NCBI GenBank assembly: GCA_034094155.1
Contig: JAXEBI010000046.1
Span: 52-64,051, forward strand
Length of the DNA stretch: 64,000 nucleotides
Reading direction: 5' to 3'
Source of the DNA: Phocaeicola sp.
Lineage (GTDB): Bacteria > Bacteroidota > Bacteroidia > Bacteroidales > Bacteroidaceae
Position numbers and translations under genes: made by a program. Of this stretch, positions 20,008 to 30,551 are shown piece after piece (the first letter of the stretch is position 1; each line of letters begins with the position of its first letter). A model generated the notes under the pieces. It did no database searches and was not told the DNA's origin. It was given only the letters and a program-made list of their open reading frames with translations.

Positions 20008-21480
20008 TTATTTCGCTGAGCTAAATACGTTGTAGAAGTTATTATTGTTTACCTTAGGTTGGGTAGCTCTAGACCATGTAGTATTTACAGAAAGTCCATC
20101 CTTGTCTTTAAAGACTCTGAATATTCCTTCTTCCATAAGATCGTGGTTAGGGTCACTTCCTTTTTCTACCATAATAAATGCATAATATAGATTACTGATA
20201 CCACTACTTAATTTGGTACCAGAAATTACTAAAGCAGTATTTGTATAAATTCCATCAGTCTGACCTTCTACATTGAAGAAAGCTGTAAAATTATTGCCAG
20301 ATCCGCTGATAAACGCCCCTTTTCCTTCTCCTTCAGTTGTACCACCATCTGTTTTTTCTTCATAGTCTACTGTATTGTTTGTAGAGTTCTGGTTACTGAA
20401 TCTGATAGTCATTGGTTTCATTATTTCTCCTGGATCATATCCTCCTTGACCTTCATCTTCACAATGAACAGTTTCAAATGGTTCAATATAGTATGCACCT
20501 ACTACAGTTGGAGGCGTAACTCCTGTATAGATAGGAATATAGTCGTCAAGTTCATCTCTAATATCTGATGGAACTACATCGTCAAATCTGTTATCTTCTT
20601 CACCCCAAGGATAAATATCACCTGTAAATTCCACTATAACATTATTATTCTTATATGTAACAGATATCTCATATTGCATACCCGATTTCATTGTAATATT
20701 TTTATCTAATGTGATGGAATAATTCTTGCTACCTATAGAAAGAGTTGCAAAATTATCCATGTAAATAGTTTGTGGAGGAAGTATAGCCTTATAACTCATG
20801 TTGCCGTTGGAAGACATTGTGATATTCCCCTTTTTATTACCTTTTGCGAAACTCAAGGCGTTCAGGTCAACAGAAGCGTTTGTATATACATCGTTTAGTT
20901 TTATACTATAGTCTCCGCTTGGCCAATTACTACCTTCAAGGTTTATAATTAATTTTGATAATCTGTGGCTGAATTTCAAGTCTACTAATTGAGCCGAAGT
21001 TGCAGTAGAGTGAGCTGTACATAAATCACTTAAAGTATAATTATCGTTTCTCTGGTCTTCCTTTACACTAAAAGAAAACACATCACTGGCCTCCGGTGTA
21101 TATGGATATACTGCATGATAATAGTATTTCGTACCGTCATTTTCAATTTCTATTCCGTTTGAAGATGTAAACTTTGAACCATTATAAGTATATTTAACAT
21201 TATCAGCATAATTGCCTGAACTGAGAATTATACCTTTAGAATCATTGCCATTAGACTTTACAGCAAAAACCCCAATATTGTCATTTACATCAAATTTAGT
21301 ATCAGATGCTCTTGATAATGAATTTATTTCTGCGCTGAATGAAACAAATTCTCCATTATTGCCCGAATCAGGTATATTGGCATCAGGATCTTCAGTAGAA
21401 ACATCAGTTTTACCACATGAGTTAAAAAATAAAAAACCAGAACTTACAATAAGACCTAAAATAAAATTTAATTTTTTCAT
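20008..21480 (-). CDS. Fimbrillin-like lipoprotein with extra C-terminal domain
   Basis: Lipobox FNSC; SRA; DNIGVFA, YHAVYPY, LKFSHRLSKL and AILPPQ motifs; about 190-aa C-terminal domain beginning near PIYTGVTPP. Confidence 0.85.
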   Translation of the reverse strand: MKKLNFILGLIVSSGFLFFNSCGKTDVSTEDPDANIPDSGNNGEFVSFSAEINSLSRASDTKFDVNDNIGVFAVKSNGNDSKGIILSSGNYADNVKYTYNGSKFTSSNGIEIENDGTKYYYHAVYPYTPEASDVFSFSVKEDQRNDNYTLSDLCTAHSTATSAQLVDLKFSHRLSKLIINLEGSNWPSGDYSIKLNDVYTNASVDLNALSFAKGNKKGNITMSSNGNMSYKAILPPQTIYMDNFATLSIGSKNYSITLDKNITMKSGMQYEISVTYKNNNVIVEFTGDIYPWGEEDNRFDDVVPSDIRDELDDYIPIYTGVTPPTVVGAYYIEPFETVHCEDEGQGGYDPGEIMKPMTIRFSNQNSTNNTVDYEEKTDGGTTEGEGKGAFISGSGNNFTAFFNVEGQTDGIYTNTALVISGTKLSSGISNLYYAFIMVEKGSDPNHDLMEEGIFRVFKDKDGLSVNTTWSRATQPKVNNNNFYNVFSSAK

Positions 21481-21641
21481 GTTGTATTGTTTTTAAGTTA
21501 ATGTTATATTTATATAAATTGGATACTATTTGTTAATACAAAGTTAATAAATATATTATTATATAAAATAGTGAAAAAAATTCATGTGTACTATCTTGTA
21601 AGATTTAAGAATCAAGTGGTAAAAAATGACTACTATATAGC

Positions 21642-21674
21642 AAAAAAAAACTCGCTGACAAATACAGCGAGTTT
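21642..21674 (-). terminator. Terminator after wecA-wzi-lipocalin unit
   Basis: AAACTCGCTG...CAGCGAGTTT stem with a long T run on the minus strand. Confidence 0.75.
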
Positions 21675-21728
21675 AATAATAAGAATTATGGGTTTTATTG
21701 AAATTAATTCTGGTTTGATTTATAAATC

Positions 21729-22190
21729 CTAGAATTTTTCTAATTCCAGACGTGCATAATCAGACTCCAATATCATAGACTTCCCATTGCATTTTATAAT
21801 CTCAAAAACAGTTTCTTCCGGATTGTTAATTCCGAATGGAAGCAATTTATCTACAGGTACATCCATTCCGTCATCGCCTGCACTACCACTTTTCGATCTG
21901 AAACTTTTAAGAACAATCTGTGTCTCATTATTTCTGAACTCAGTGAGTCCTACATAATGTCCATAATTGTTTGGTCCCTGACGTTCGGAAATCTCTGTTA
22001 CAAATCTTCCAATACTATAATATAGTCTGTCACATTTATGTTCGACACCATCATCCAATGTCGTAAATTCCCGAAGAATCCAAAAGCCTTGAATATCGTC
22101 ATTTATGGGAGCTTTTTTGCATCCACTTATCATAGTAACCAATAATATCAGAAAAGCAGATTTTCTGAAAAGATCTTTTATTTTTTCCAT
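21729..22190 (-). CDS. Lipocalin-like lipoprotein
   Basis: Lipobox ISGC; DIQGFWIL lipocalin GxW motif; C-terminal MILESDYARLELEKF. Confidence 0.75.
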   Translation of the reverse strand: MEKIKDLFRKSAFLILLVTMISGCKKAPINDDIQGFWILREFTTLDDGVEHKCDRLYYSIGRFVTEISERQGPNNYGHYVGLTEFRNNETQIVLKSFRSKSGSAGDDGMDVPVDKLLPFGINNPEETVFEIIKCNGKSMILESDYARLELEKF

Positions 22191-23668
22191 AACAAACCTT
22201 CTTTTTTAACAATTATCATACCACCAGTAGAATTTCCAAGATAGTTTCCATTATCCACTGCACCTGCAATGGTAAAACTCCAACCTTTCAACTTTTCCGG
22301 TCTATAACTAACTTCTGCCAGACTGCTGAAATGTTTTCTTACTTTATCTAAAGGAGCTGCATAAGTACCCCAGTATTTTGAAGATGTGATTAGCAGTCTC
22401 CATTTCCATTCTTTGTCGGGATCACCTTCCATTCCTAAATGTACAGTTTCTACCCTGTTGCTTAAGAAAGAAATAGTTTTATTGTCATTATAAGCAGGTG
22501 AAGGAATTAAAGGATTTCCCATCCCCATACCATAATGCTGCCACGCATTATACATGTAATGGTTGTAATAGTTATCGCATCCACTTGTCTGCATACCGGT
22601 AAGTGAACCCCAGTTTTCTTCATATTGAATAGGACCTGTCTGATCTTTAGTTGACATTAGTTCTATGGAAATTCCAGAAATAAATTTGTTTTTCTTCGGA
22701 GTAATTTCTAATCCGAGTTGTCCATCTTTCCATCTTCCGTACTCCCAAAACATCTGTGAGTGATCTTCAAAATAATGATCCAAATGCATTCTGAATTTCC
22801 ATTCACCCCAATAATAATTAAGAGCAAAATTCCAGCTTCCTAACATATTACCTTCCACGTTATACTGCTCGTATTCCGATGTGTCGCTACCACCTTTTTG
22901 AGGAAGAAATGCCGACCAATATGCTCCCAAGTCATCTGGCATATCTATAAGTAATTCCGATGATCCGTCTGCATTAAGTTTCATTCTGTCACCCGCAAAC
23001 TGAGTAGCCATTATAATACCAAACTCGAAGTCCAAAGGCAATTTGTTTTTATTTCCCAATCTGAACAATATTGATTTGCTGTGATACATTGTTCCTTTAG
23101 TATAAGTACTGCCAGGTTTTACAAAGTTTTCTTGCCATTTACTGTCCATAAATTTACCATAAGCAATATGTCCTTTTAATGCTAGCCAACCTTTTAATCC
23201 TGGAATTTCAAGAAAGTCTTTAATTTCCCCCCTAATCTGTGGAATAGGTCTTGTATTAATACCTTCAGTCATCCATCCGGTGGTCAGTCTGCTGTTTTTC
23301 TCAAGAGGAAATCCCATTCTTTCTTTTGCTCCTATACTTATGTTCAGCATTTTCCATGAAAAGTCAGCATAAGCCTGTTGAATCCAGAAGTTTGAGTTTA
23401 CATTAAAACCGGATGCCATTTGAAAACCGGATTCAATTTTCCAGTTATGATTCAAAATCTTTTCAAAGTTAATTCCGGCCCTTAAATATCCATTGTTATT
23501 TTCAACACTTCCCATGCCAAACCGGTTAGAAGAAAGCCATACCGGAGCATATTTACCGTTTGATACTGTAGCAGAAGTTTCAACGTTATACGTTAAAACA
23601 GTTTCTGCTTGCTGCCCCCAAGCGGATGCAGCAAGCAGAACTGAAAATAGTGTAACATATAGTTTCAT
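22178..23668 (-). CDS. Capsule assembly Wzi family outer-membrane protein
   Basis: Signal peptide; PVWLSSNRFG, RPIPQIR, HSKS, GNMLGSW and DNYYNH motifs. Confidence 0.82.
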   Translation of the reverse strand: MKLYVTLFSVLLAASAWGQQAETVLTYNVETSATVSNGKYAPVWLSSNRFGMGSVENNNGYLRAGINFEKILNHNWKIESGFQMASGFNVNSNFWIQQAYADFSWKMLNISIGAKERMGFPLEKNSRLTTGWMTEGINTRPIPQIRGEIKDFLEIPGLKGWLALKGHIAYGKFMDSKWQENFVKPGSTYTKGTMYHSKSILFRLGNKNKLPLDFEFGIIMATQFAGDRMKLNADGSSELLIDMPDDLGAYWSAFLPQKGGSDTSEYEQYNVEGNMLGSWNFALNYYWGEWKFRMHLDHYFEDHSQMFWEYGRWKDGQLGLEITPKKNKFISGISIELMSTKDQTGPIQYEENWGSLTGMQTSGCDNYYNHYMYNAWQHYGMGMGNPLIPSPAYNDNKTISFLSNRVETVHLGMEGDPDKEWKWRLLITSSKYWGTYAAPLDKVRKHFSSLAEVSYRPEKLKGWSFTIAGAVDNGNYLGNSTGGMIIVKKEGLLWKK

Positions 23669-24783
23669 CGAATTGAATTTGTTTTTTTTCTTTTATCAAT
23701 AATTTTATCGAACCATAGATTAAGCATTGTCCACACCAGTATATCTATCATGAAAACTAGTGTATTATCCATATATTGAACAGCGATAAATGAAAAAAGG
23801 CAAAACGATGCCGACATAATCTGGATGGATACAAGAGCTCTTCTTGGTGAAAATCCCATATCAAGAAATTTATGATGTATATGGGTTTTATCCGGCATAA
23901 ATAAAGCCTTTTTGTTTCTTAATCTTTTTAATACAACTCTAACTACATCAAGTGAAGGAACAAGAAGCATGCTGAAAGCAACTACTACAGGCGAACCGTA
24001 AGATTGCATGTATACTCCATCTACAAACATACAATATTTCAGTACAAAAAAACTTAGGATAAATCCAAGTGTCAGACTTCCTGTATCACCCATGAAAATC
24101 TTTCTGCCTTTTTCAGCATTTCCAAAAACATTATATGCAAAAAATGGAATAATAACTCCAACACATATAAAGGCTAATAGGGCATAGTTCCAAAATTCAT
24201 GTAGCATAAATATCACTCCAAAAATAACTAAGGCAACCATGCTAAGTCCTGAAGCCAGTCCGTCAATTCCGTCTATAAGATTGATGGCATTAGTTATAAA
24301 AACTACTAATAGAATTGTGAGCGGAACACCTATCCAAATTCCAATTTCATTTATACCAAATAATCCATATAAGTTATTTATATAAAGTCCCGAAATTGGG
24401 AATAGTACAGCTGACAAAATCTGAACAACAAATTTCTTTCTGTATCTTACACCTATCAAATCATCAGCAATACCTATAATATATAGAAGGGTTAGACCTG
24501 CTATTAGGAACAAAAATTCACATGCAACATTCGGAGAAAATAAATCATTTGGTATTTTCTCAAATAAAATTCTTAGGGCTGTAAATACTGTAAATGTAAA
24601 AACTATTACAGGGAAAAAAGTTACTCCACCTAATCGTGGAATAGGTCGGTTATGTATCTTCCTTTCATCAGGCTGGTCAAATAGCTTTTTTCTTATGGAA
24701 ATAATAAGAATTTTGGGAATAATTGTTCTTCCCATAAAAATTGAAACTACAAAAGCTGCTATTAATATGTATATATTCTCCAT
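23665..24783 (-). CDS. Undecaprenyl-phosphate HexNAc-1-phosphate transferase (WecA/MraY family)
   Basis: RKIH..PIPRLGG, GIADD, NAINLIDGIDGLA, IFMGDTGS and PDKTHIHH; multiple transmembrane segments. Confidence 0.92.
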   Translation of the reverse strand: MENIYILIAAFVVSIFMGRTIIPKILIISIRKKLFDQPDERKIHNRPIPRLGGVTFFPVIVFTFTVFTALRILFEKIPNDLFSPNVACEFLFLIAGLTLLYIIGIADDLIGVRYRKKFVVQILSAVLFPISGLYINNLYGLFGINEIGIWIGVPLTILLVVFITNAINLIDGIDGLASGLSMVALVIFGVIFMLHEFWNYALLAFICVGVIIPFFAYNVFGNAEKGRKIFMGDTGSLTLGFILSFFVLKYCMFVDGVYMQSYGSPVVVAFSMLLVPSLDVVRVVLKRLRNKKALFMPDKTHIHHKFLDMGFSPRRALVSIQIMSASFCLFSFIAVQYMDNTLVFMIDILVWTMLNLWFDKIIDKRKKTNSIR

Positions 24784-24798
24784 AAATTGTATAATGAT

Positions 24799-24871
24799 AA
24801 AAAAAGTCTCACAATTATACTTAATGTATCAATTGTGAGACAAAATTAAGGGAAAATATTCGAATTGCAAA
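24799..24871 (-). promoter_or_regulatory. Intrinsic terminator overlapped by an internal promoter upstream of wecA
   Basis: Minus strand: TTTG (24871-24868), 19 nt spacer, TAATTTTG (24848-24841), running into GTCTCACAATT-loop-AATTGTGAGAC-T7. Confidence 0.6.
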
Positions 24872-24981
24872 ATGTTTTCTAATATGAATATGATTATTTA
24901 TCGAAAGAATGTTTATACAATGAAAGTTTAAATAACATTAGCTATTAGTTTATATAGCTCAAAATTAATGTAAGTATTAAT

Positions 24982-25749
24982 TTATTGTCGTTTAATCCAA
25001 ACTTCATATATTTTATAAAAATATCTTAGAGAGAGCAAAATTATATTCGTATAAACATTATTTTCTCTAAAAGCTCTTAAATGCTCTTTCATTATTGTTT
25101 TATGAGATGATATTCCTGAAGTACTTGCACCTCCGGTTCTCATGGTAACAATATCTAGCGGAATATATTTCGTTTTTATCTTATTTACATAAATGGCTCT
25201 TAATAGGAACTCGAAATCAGCGGCAATTTTATAATTAGTTTTATATAAACCAATTTCCAATAATTTATCTTTTTTGATATAGAATGATGGGTGAGCAGGC
25301 ATAAAGCCTAATCTCATTAATTGCCGTTTGAAGATTTTAGATGAATAATATCTTACGCATTTATTTAGGTTATTAGAATCTACAAAATGAATATCGCCAT
25401 AAATAGCATCAAGTTCTGTATTTTTTTCAAATTCATCAGCTATTCTAGATAGTATATTGTTATTAGTATAAAAATCATCTGAATTTAATATTCCAATAAC
25501 ATCTCCTGTTGCCATTTGGATTCCCTTATTCATAGCATCATAAATGCCATTGTCATTTTCGGAAATCCATAATAATTTATTACCGAATAAATTTTTGTAT
25601 TTTTTTATAATAGAAATTGTATTATCTTTAGAACTACCATCAATAATAATGTATTCGTAATTTATATAGTTCTGATTTAAGATAGAATCTATGGTATCCG
25701 AAATTGTTTTTTCAGAATTATAGCATGTCGTAATAATTGAGATTTTCAT
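24982..25749 (-). CDS. Glycosyltransferase family 2 (WcaE-like, possible fucosyltransferase)
   Basis: ISIIT..YN, IDGSSKD, DNGIYDAMNKG, LNSDD, PAHPSF, YKIAADFE. Confidence 0.88.
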   Translation of the reverse strand: MKISIITTCYNSEKTISDTIDSILNQNYINYEYIIIDGSSKDNTISIIKKYKNLFGNKLLWISENDNGIYDAMNKGIQMATGDVIGILNSDDFYTNNNILSRIADEFEKNTELDAIYGDIHFVDSNNLNKCVRYYSSKIFKRQLMRLGFMPAHPSFYIKKDKLLEIGLYKTNYKIAADFEFLLRAIYVNKIKTKYIPLDIVTMRTGGASTSGISSHKTIMKEHLRAFRENNVYTNIILLSLRYFYKIYEVWIKRQ

Positions 25750-26951
25750 TTAGTTATTGTATTGTATAAAGTTATATATTGAGAAATAGTTTTATTTATA
25801 TCAAATTTTTCTTTAACATGATGTATGCAACTTTCTATATAAAATGCTTTACCTTTTGCTTTGACTTCATTGATAAATTCACAGGCACTATTTATATCAT
25901 GAGGTTGTATACATTTTCCTACTTTATCGTTTATTAATTCTGGGGAGGCTGTTGATTTATATGCTAGAACAGGTGTTCCACAAGACATACTTTCTATGAT
26001 TGTCATTCCAAAAGTCTCTTCAGTTGAAAAACTGATATATAAGTCAGCAGCAGAGTATATGTTAATTAATTCGTTAATATTATTTATATTTGGTATTCCA
26101 ATTATATTTTGTGGTAGTTTTTTTATTTGTTGCTTGGTTAAGCCTATTAACATAATAATGTCCTTTTCACCTAAACTTTTTGACAATTCCAAAAAATCAT
26201 CTAAACCTTTATTTTTTATCCATTGTGTTGCTACACTAATTATTAAAAATTTATCTCTTATATTATAATTAACTTTGACATTATTATCGCATGGATGGAA
26301 AATAGAAGTGTCAATACCATTATATATTTTTTTTATGTCAAACTTGTTTAAAAAAGATTGCTTAACCTCATTTTTTAACCATTCTGAAACAGTAACAATT
26401 GTAAGGTTGTTAATTGAAGTAAATGCCTTTTTCTTTTCTAAATAATTCTTTTGAGATCTGTCAACTAATGCTTTGGGGTAACTATACGAATAAGGACATT
26501 TATTACATAAAACTTTCCATTTGCAACAACCAATAGCGGTATAATGTACACAATGTCCAGTATATGCCCAACAATCATGCAAAGTCCAGATAATAGGCTT
26601 GTTGTATTGTTTGAGAAATTCGAATAATATTTTATAATTTATGTAATATCCATGTATATTGTGTAAGTGTATAATGTCTGGATTTATTTTAATAATTGTT
26701 TTGATTAATTTTTGTGTTGCTATCGATGAAGAAAGTCCATGTTTATCAAAGAGTATTGAATTTATTCCATGTAATATAATTTCGAATTTATTACCTATTT
26801 TAATTAGTTTTGAATCACTTTTATTAGCCCATCTACCATAAGCAATAAAGCTTTCCCAATTATTTGAAATTGCTAAAGAACCTATTCTTTCTGCTATTCT
26901 TCCTGTAGAACCGGAATTCGCAACTACATTAATTTGAAGTAACCTTTTCAT
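25746..26951 (-). CDS. Glycosyltransferase family 4 (WcaC-like)
   Basis: GSTGRIA, IHLHNIHGYY, WTLHDCW, ETFGMTIIESMSCGTPV. Confidence 0.9.
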   Translation of the reverse strand: MKRLLQINVVANSGSTGRIAERIGSLAISNNWESFIAYGRWANKSDSKLIKIGNKFEIILHGINSILFDKHGLSSSIATQKLIKTIIKINPDIIHLHNIHGYYINYKILFEFLKQYNKPIIWTLHDCWAYTGHCVHYTAIGCCKWKVLCNKCPYSYSYPKALVDRSQKNYLEKKKAFTSINNLTIVTVSEWLKNEVKQSFLNKFDIKKIYNGIDTSIFHPCDNNVKVNYNIRDKFLIISVATQWIKNKGLDDFLELSKSLGEKDIIMLIGLTKQQIKKLPQNIIGIPNINNINELINIYSAADLYISFSTEETFGMTIIESMSCGTPVLAYKSTASPELINDKVGKCIQPHDINSACEFINEVKAKGKAFYIESCIHHVKEKFDINKTISQYITLYNTITK

Positions 26952-27213
26952 TTTAATAGACTGTTATAATAAGCTTTTTATTTGTTAAATGGTAATATGC
27001 AAATTTGATTTTAGACATTAAATAGCCTTTATAAATATTATTTGACAACATTCTAATATTATTTTCATGGTATATTTATAGTTTTAAATAGTATTTTTTT
27101 AGTTGTGAAAAAAGAAATGAAAGAATAAATACTATTGGTATGATAATCCCAAAAAAACATACCAAATTCGGATTGGCTTTTGTTAAATTTGTTAATAATA
27201 TAAGTTCGTAAAT

Positions 27214-28341
27214 TTATTTGTTTAAAATATTATTAAATAAGCTAACCCATTTATTCATGATGTTTTCAATGGTATAGTCTTTAATAAATTCCCTTGCTGA
27301 AAAACCGGCTTCTTTTCTATTTTCGTAGTTATCTATCCATTTACTTAATTCAATTGATAAACCATTTAAGTCATTCATCTTTACAATTGAACTAAATTGT
27401 GGATTAAGAAAATCTTTAGGACCACAAGGAAAATTAAATGCAACAACAGGGACTCCATATGATAAAGACTCTAATAAAACCATTGGTAAACCTTCATATC
27501 TAGATGTCATTGCTAGAATGGAAGCATTAAGATATACATTTTCAATATTTGACGTAGGAGGACATATAAATGTATTTTTACTAATATTTAATTTCATAAT
27601 TCTTTTTTCTAATTCTGTAGGATCTCCTCCGCCATATATCGTTAGATTCCAATCTGGGTATTGGGAAGCTATTAATGCCCAGGCATCAATTAGGCTTTCA
27701 AAATTTTTTTGATATGTTATTCTTCCAATGCTTATTATGTTTTTTGATTTTAATGAAGAATACTTTTCTGGGAACTTATTTATAGGATTAGATATGACTT
27801 CAATATTGCTTAAATTGCCCCAATAATCTTTATCTTCTTTTGTTAAAACAACAAACTTTTTGTATTTTTTTATAATGTTTTTCCAACTATTAATTCGTAT
27901 ATTTTGTATAATTCTTAATAGTATTGATTGGGCTTCTATTGTTTTTTGATATTTGCAAAAGTGTGATTCTAAGACTTTTATACTATTATCATTTATTTTA
28001 GGTAAAATATTAAACTCATAATCAAACATAGATATACATATATCTACTTTTATTTCTTTAAGAAGTTTTTCTAGTTTTGCTTTATGTAGTTTCTTTTTGT
28101 GATATTTTAATATCGTTCTAATAAAAATATTATATTTATCATATAAACAGTAGTTTATATCTAAATCGTGAAAATGTATAGCAGAAGAAAAATTGAAAAA
28201 ATTCTCCTTCTTTTGTTGTTGTGTTCTAATAATATGAACTTCATGTTTTAAAATATCTGCTAAATAATTAGCTTTAAGCATTAAAACTCGTTCCATGCCA
28301 GCTGAATTATATGTAGCATTTATACAATAAGCAATTTTCAT
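27214..28341 (-). CDS. Glycosyltransferase family 4 (AmsD-like)
   Basis: GMERVL..KANY, GRITYQKNF, SRYEGLPMVLLE..SYGVPVV. Confidence 0.9.
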   Translation of the reverse strand: MKIAYCINATYNSAGMERVLMLKANYLADILKHEVHIIRTQQQKKENFFNFSSAIHFHDLDINYCLYDKYNIFIRTILKYHKKKLHKAKLEKLLKEIKVDICISMFDYEFNILPKINDNSIKVLESHFCKYQKTIEAQSILLRIIQNIRINSWKNIIKKYKKFVVLTKEDKDYWGNLSNIEVISNPINKFPEKYSSLKSKNIISIGRITYQKNFESLIDAWALIASQYPDWNLTIYGGGDPTELEKRIMKLNISKNTFICPPTSNIENVYLNASILAMTSRYEGLPMVLLESLSYGVPVVAFNFPCGPKDFLNPQFSSIVKMNDLNGLSIELSKWIDNYENRKEAGFSAREFIKDYTIENIMNKWVSLFNNILNK

Positions 28342-28351
28342 TTTTTTTTAA

Positions 28352-29434
28352 TTAATGCGTTGAATGTATATTTGAATCTGAGAATAAATTATATTTATAA
28401 GGAATAAAATCTTTACTCCATTCAGAGAAAAATGATACTTGCCTGTAGAATCCTAACATAATAAAGAAGACTAGAAAGCTTAATTTTAAAATTTTATCCT
28501 TTTCAGAGTATAATAATCTTGATGCTATAATAACTTCAAAAAAATAGAAATATATACTTCCTCTACCACTTAGCTGCGGTAGAAAACCTAATCCTAAATA
28601 GATTAATAATGACATAAAATAAATATTTAGAAAATATATATTTTCTTTGTCTTTAAATAAATATTCTTTTCTCCACCATAATATGCAAAAGATGAAAATT
28701 TTCAATAACATGGCAAGATTTAATCCATACTTTGTTTCTTTTTCTACTACTGTATAATAATCTAGTTTGTCTTCTACAAATGTAGGCATTGAAGATATAA
28801 AATCCTTAAAAATATTACCTAACAATAAATTACTAATCAATGCAAAAAGTAGTAAAAGTACATATACTCTCCAATTGTATTCTTTCTCAGGAATAATTAA
28901 AAATAGTAATCCTAGAAATGCAGAAACATGAAATAATGATGCAATTAATATTATAAATATTGACAATGCCTTATGTTTCCTAAATTCAACAGCTATTAAA
29001 CAAATACCAATAGCTAAAGCTTGCCTATATTGTCCCATCATCATTGGATATACATATGATCCAAGTAATAAAAATATTGAAATAAAAGGATAATTAGATT
29101 TTTTATAAATATAAATAAAATATATGCCAACAGTTAATGTTGCCATTATTATTAATAATTGTCTAAAACTAGTACAATAATAATTCAATAATGCATAACC
29201 TGTTTCAACGCCAAAATCTGATGCATTACTTTCCCAATAAACAGAATTTGTAATATAATTAAAGTAATGTTTATAATTATCGTAGTCAAATCCACAATCC
29301 CTAAATGCAACCATAAAAAATATCCATAAAGTAAAAAACAAATATGTGTATAATTTATGATATTTATTTATGTATTTTGTATAGACATCAAGGATACTAA
29401 ATATACAAAGAAGTAAACTTAAATATAAATACAT
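28352..29434 (-). CDS. EpsG-family O-antigen/EPS polymerase (Wzy)
   Basis: Multiple transmembrane segments; RDCGFDYDNY, ETGY, RQALA and FHVSA EpsG motifs. Confidence 0.82.
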   Translation of the reverse strand: MYLYLSLLLCIFSILDVYTKYINKYHKLYTYLFFTLWIFFMVAFRDCGFDYDNYKHYFNYITNSVYWESNASDFGVETGYALLNYYCTSFRQLLIIMATLTVGIYFIYIYKKSNYPFISIFLLLGSYVYPMMMGQYRQALAIGICLIAVEFRKHKALSIFIILIASLFHVSAFLGLLFLIIPEKEYNWRVYVLLLLFALISNLLLGNIFKDFISSMPTFVEDKLDYYTVVEKETKYGLNLAMLLKIFIFCILWWRKEYLFKDKENIYFLNIYFMSLLIYLGLGFLPQLSGRGSIYFYFFEVIIASRLLYSEKDKILKLSFLVFFIMLGFYRQVSFFSEWSKDFIPYKYNLFSDSNIHSTH

Positions 29435-29452
29435 AGTTATGATTTTAAAAAA

Positions 29453-30544
29453 TTATTTCTTAAATATTTCTATATATAGTTTCTTAAGAAATAATACCCA
29501 TGCAGTAGAAATAAATAAACCTAAGAACGTAAAACCAAAAACTATTATCATTTTAGAAGGCTTAGAAGCTGATGTCGGAACAGAAGGTGATTGTATTATA
29601 GCATAAATAGGGATATTTTCTTGAACCTTTGCTTTTGCAACTTCTAATTGTTGTGCTGATTGGTTATAAACATTATATGCTAATTGCATTTCATTTTGTA
29701 GTCTTTCTTCCTGAGTTCTTACGCTCCTAAACATGACATTTTGGTTCTTATCAACGTATTCTGCGTATTTTTCTTGAGCTTCATAGTATTTGTTTTGATT
29801 CTCGTTAAATATCTTTTGAGCAAAATCTAAATCTATTCTAGCTTTACTTGTTCTATACCTTGTAAGATGTTCTTGAAGCTTCTTAGTTACTATATCTGCA
29901 ATTGTTGCTGAAATTAGTGGGTCTTGCATAGTAACTTTTATTGTAATAACTGCAGTTTTAGTATCAACGTCAACTTTTATGCGTGATCTTAGTGCTCCAA
30001 TTATTGACGATTCTTTTCTTGTTAGTCTGAAAGAATCTCGAATGGTATTATCGTTAACCTTTTCCTCTGCATTTGACTTAAATATAGATTTTGAAAAACT
30101 AATAACTTGTGATGGTAGTGATAAAATATAATTCCACCATGGCCTTTTTTGATAATCAGATAAGTAATTACATACAGAAGTATTTATTTCACCATCATTA
30201 TCTTGTATTTTTAGATCAAATATCTCCAATAAAAAGGGAGTTGAGGAAACTACATCTGGATATACTAACGGAGATAATGCGTCTCTGGTATTTGATCCAC
30301 CAAGGTTAATACCAGCCATGTTTGCTAAAGCTGTAAAACTGCTATTCATACTTGAACGTGTAACTTCCGAAGCTAAAGTTACAGTTGTTGTATACTCTTT
30401 GGGTGTACTATATGCTATAATTATTCCAAATGAAAAACAGATGATTAATACTTTAATTATATATTTTTTATTGTTCCATATTTTTTTTAGGATTATACCT
30501 AAATTTTCTTCTGTTGATGATTTCATGATTTGATTTTCTTCCAT
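29453..30544 (-). CDS. Chain-length determinant (Wzz/polysaccharide co-polymerase, no kinase domain)
   Basis: N- and C-terminal TM helices, PKEY, YPDVVSSTPFL, coiled coil, PSVP..SKP. Confidence 0.85.
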   Translation of the reverse strand: MEENQIMKSSTEENLGIILKKIWNNKKYIIKVLIICFSFGIIIAYSTPKEYTTTVTLASEVTRSSMNSSFTALANMAGINLGGSNTRDALSPLVYPDVVSSTPFLLEIFDLKIQDNDGEINTSVCNYLSDYQKRPWWNYILSLPSQVISFSKSIFKSNAEEKVNDNTIRDSFRLTRKESSIIGALRSRIKVDVDTKTAVITIKVTMQDPLISATIADIVTKKLQEHLTRYRTSKARIDLDFAQKIFNENQNKYYEAQEKYAEYVDKNQNVMFRSVRTQEERLQNEMQLAYNVYNQSAQQLEVAKAKVQENIPIYAIIQSPSVPTSASKPSKMIIVFGFTFLGLFISTAWVLFLKKLYIEIFKK

Positions 30545-30551
30545 AATTCTT

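Noticed and set aside
27076-27213. 45 open codons with a TM-like helix after the GT4 stop, in the same frame
   Set aside because: No start codon, and hydrophobic runs arise easily in T-rich DNA. It could be an acyltransferase remnant but this is unsupported.
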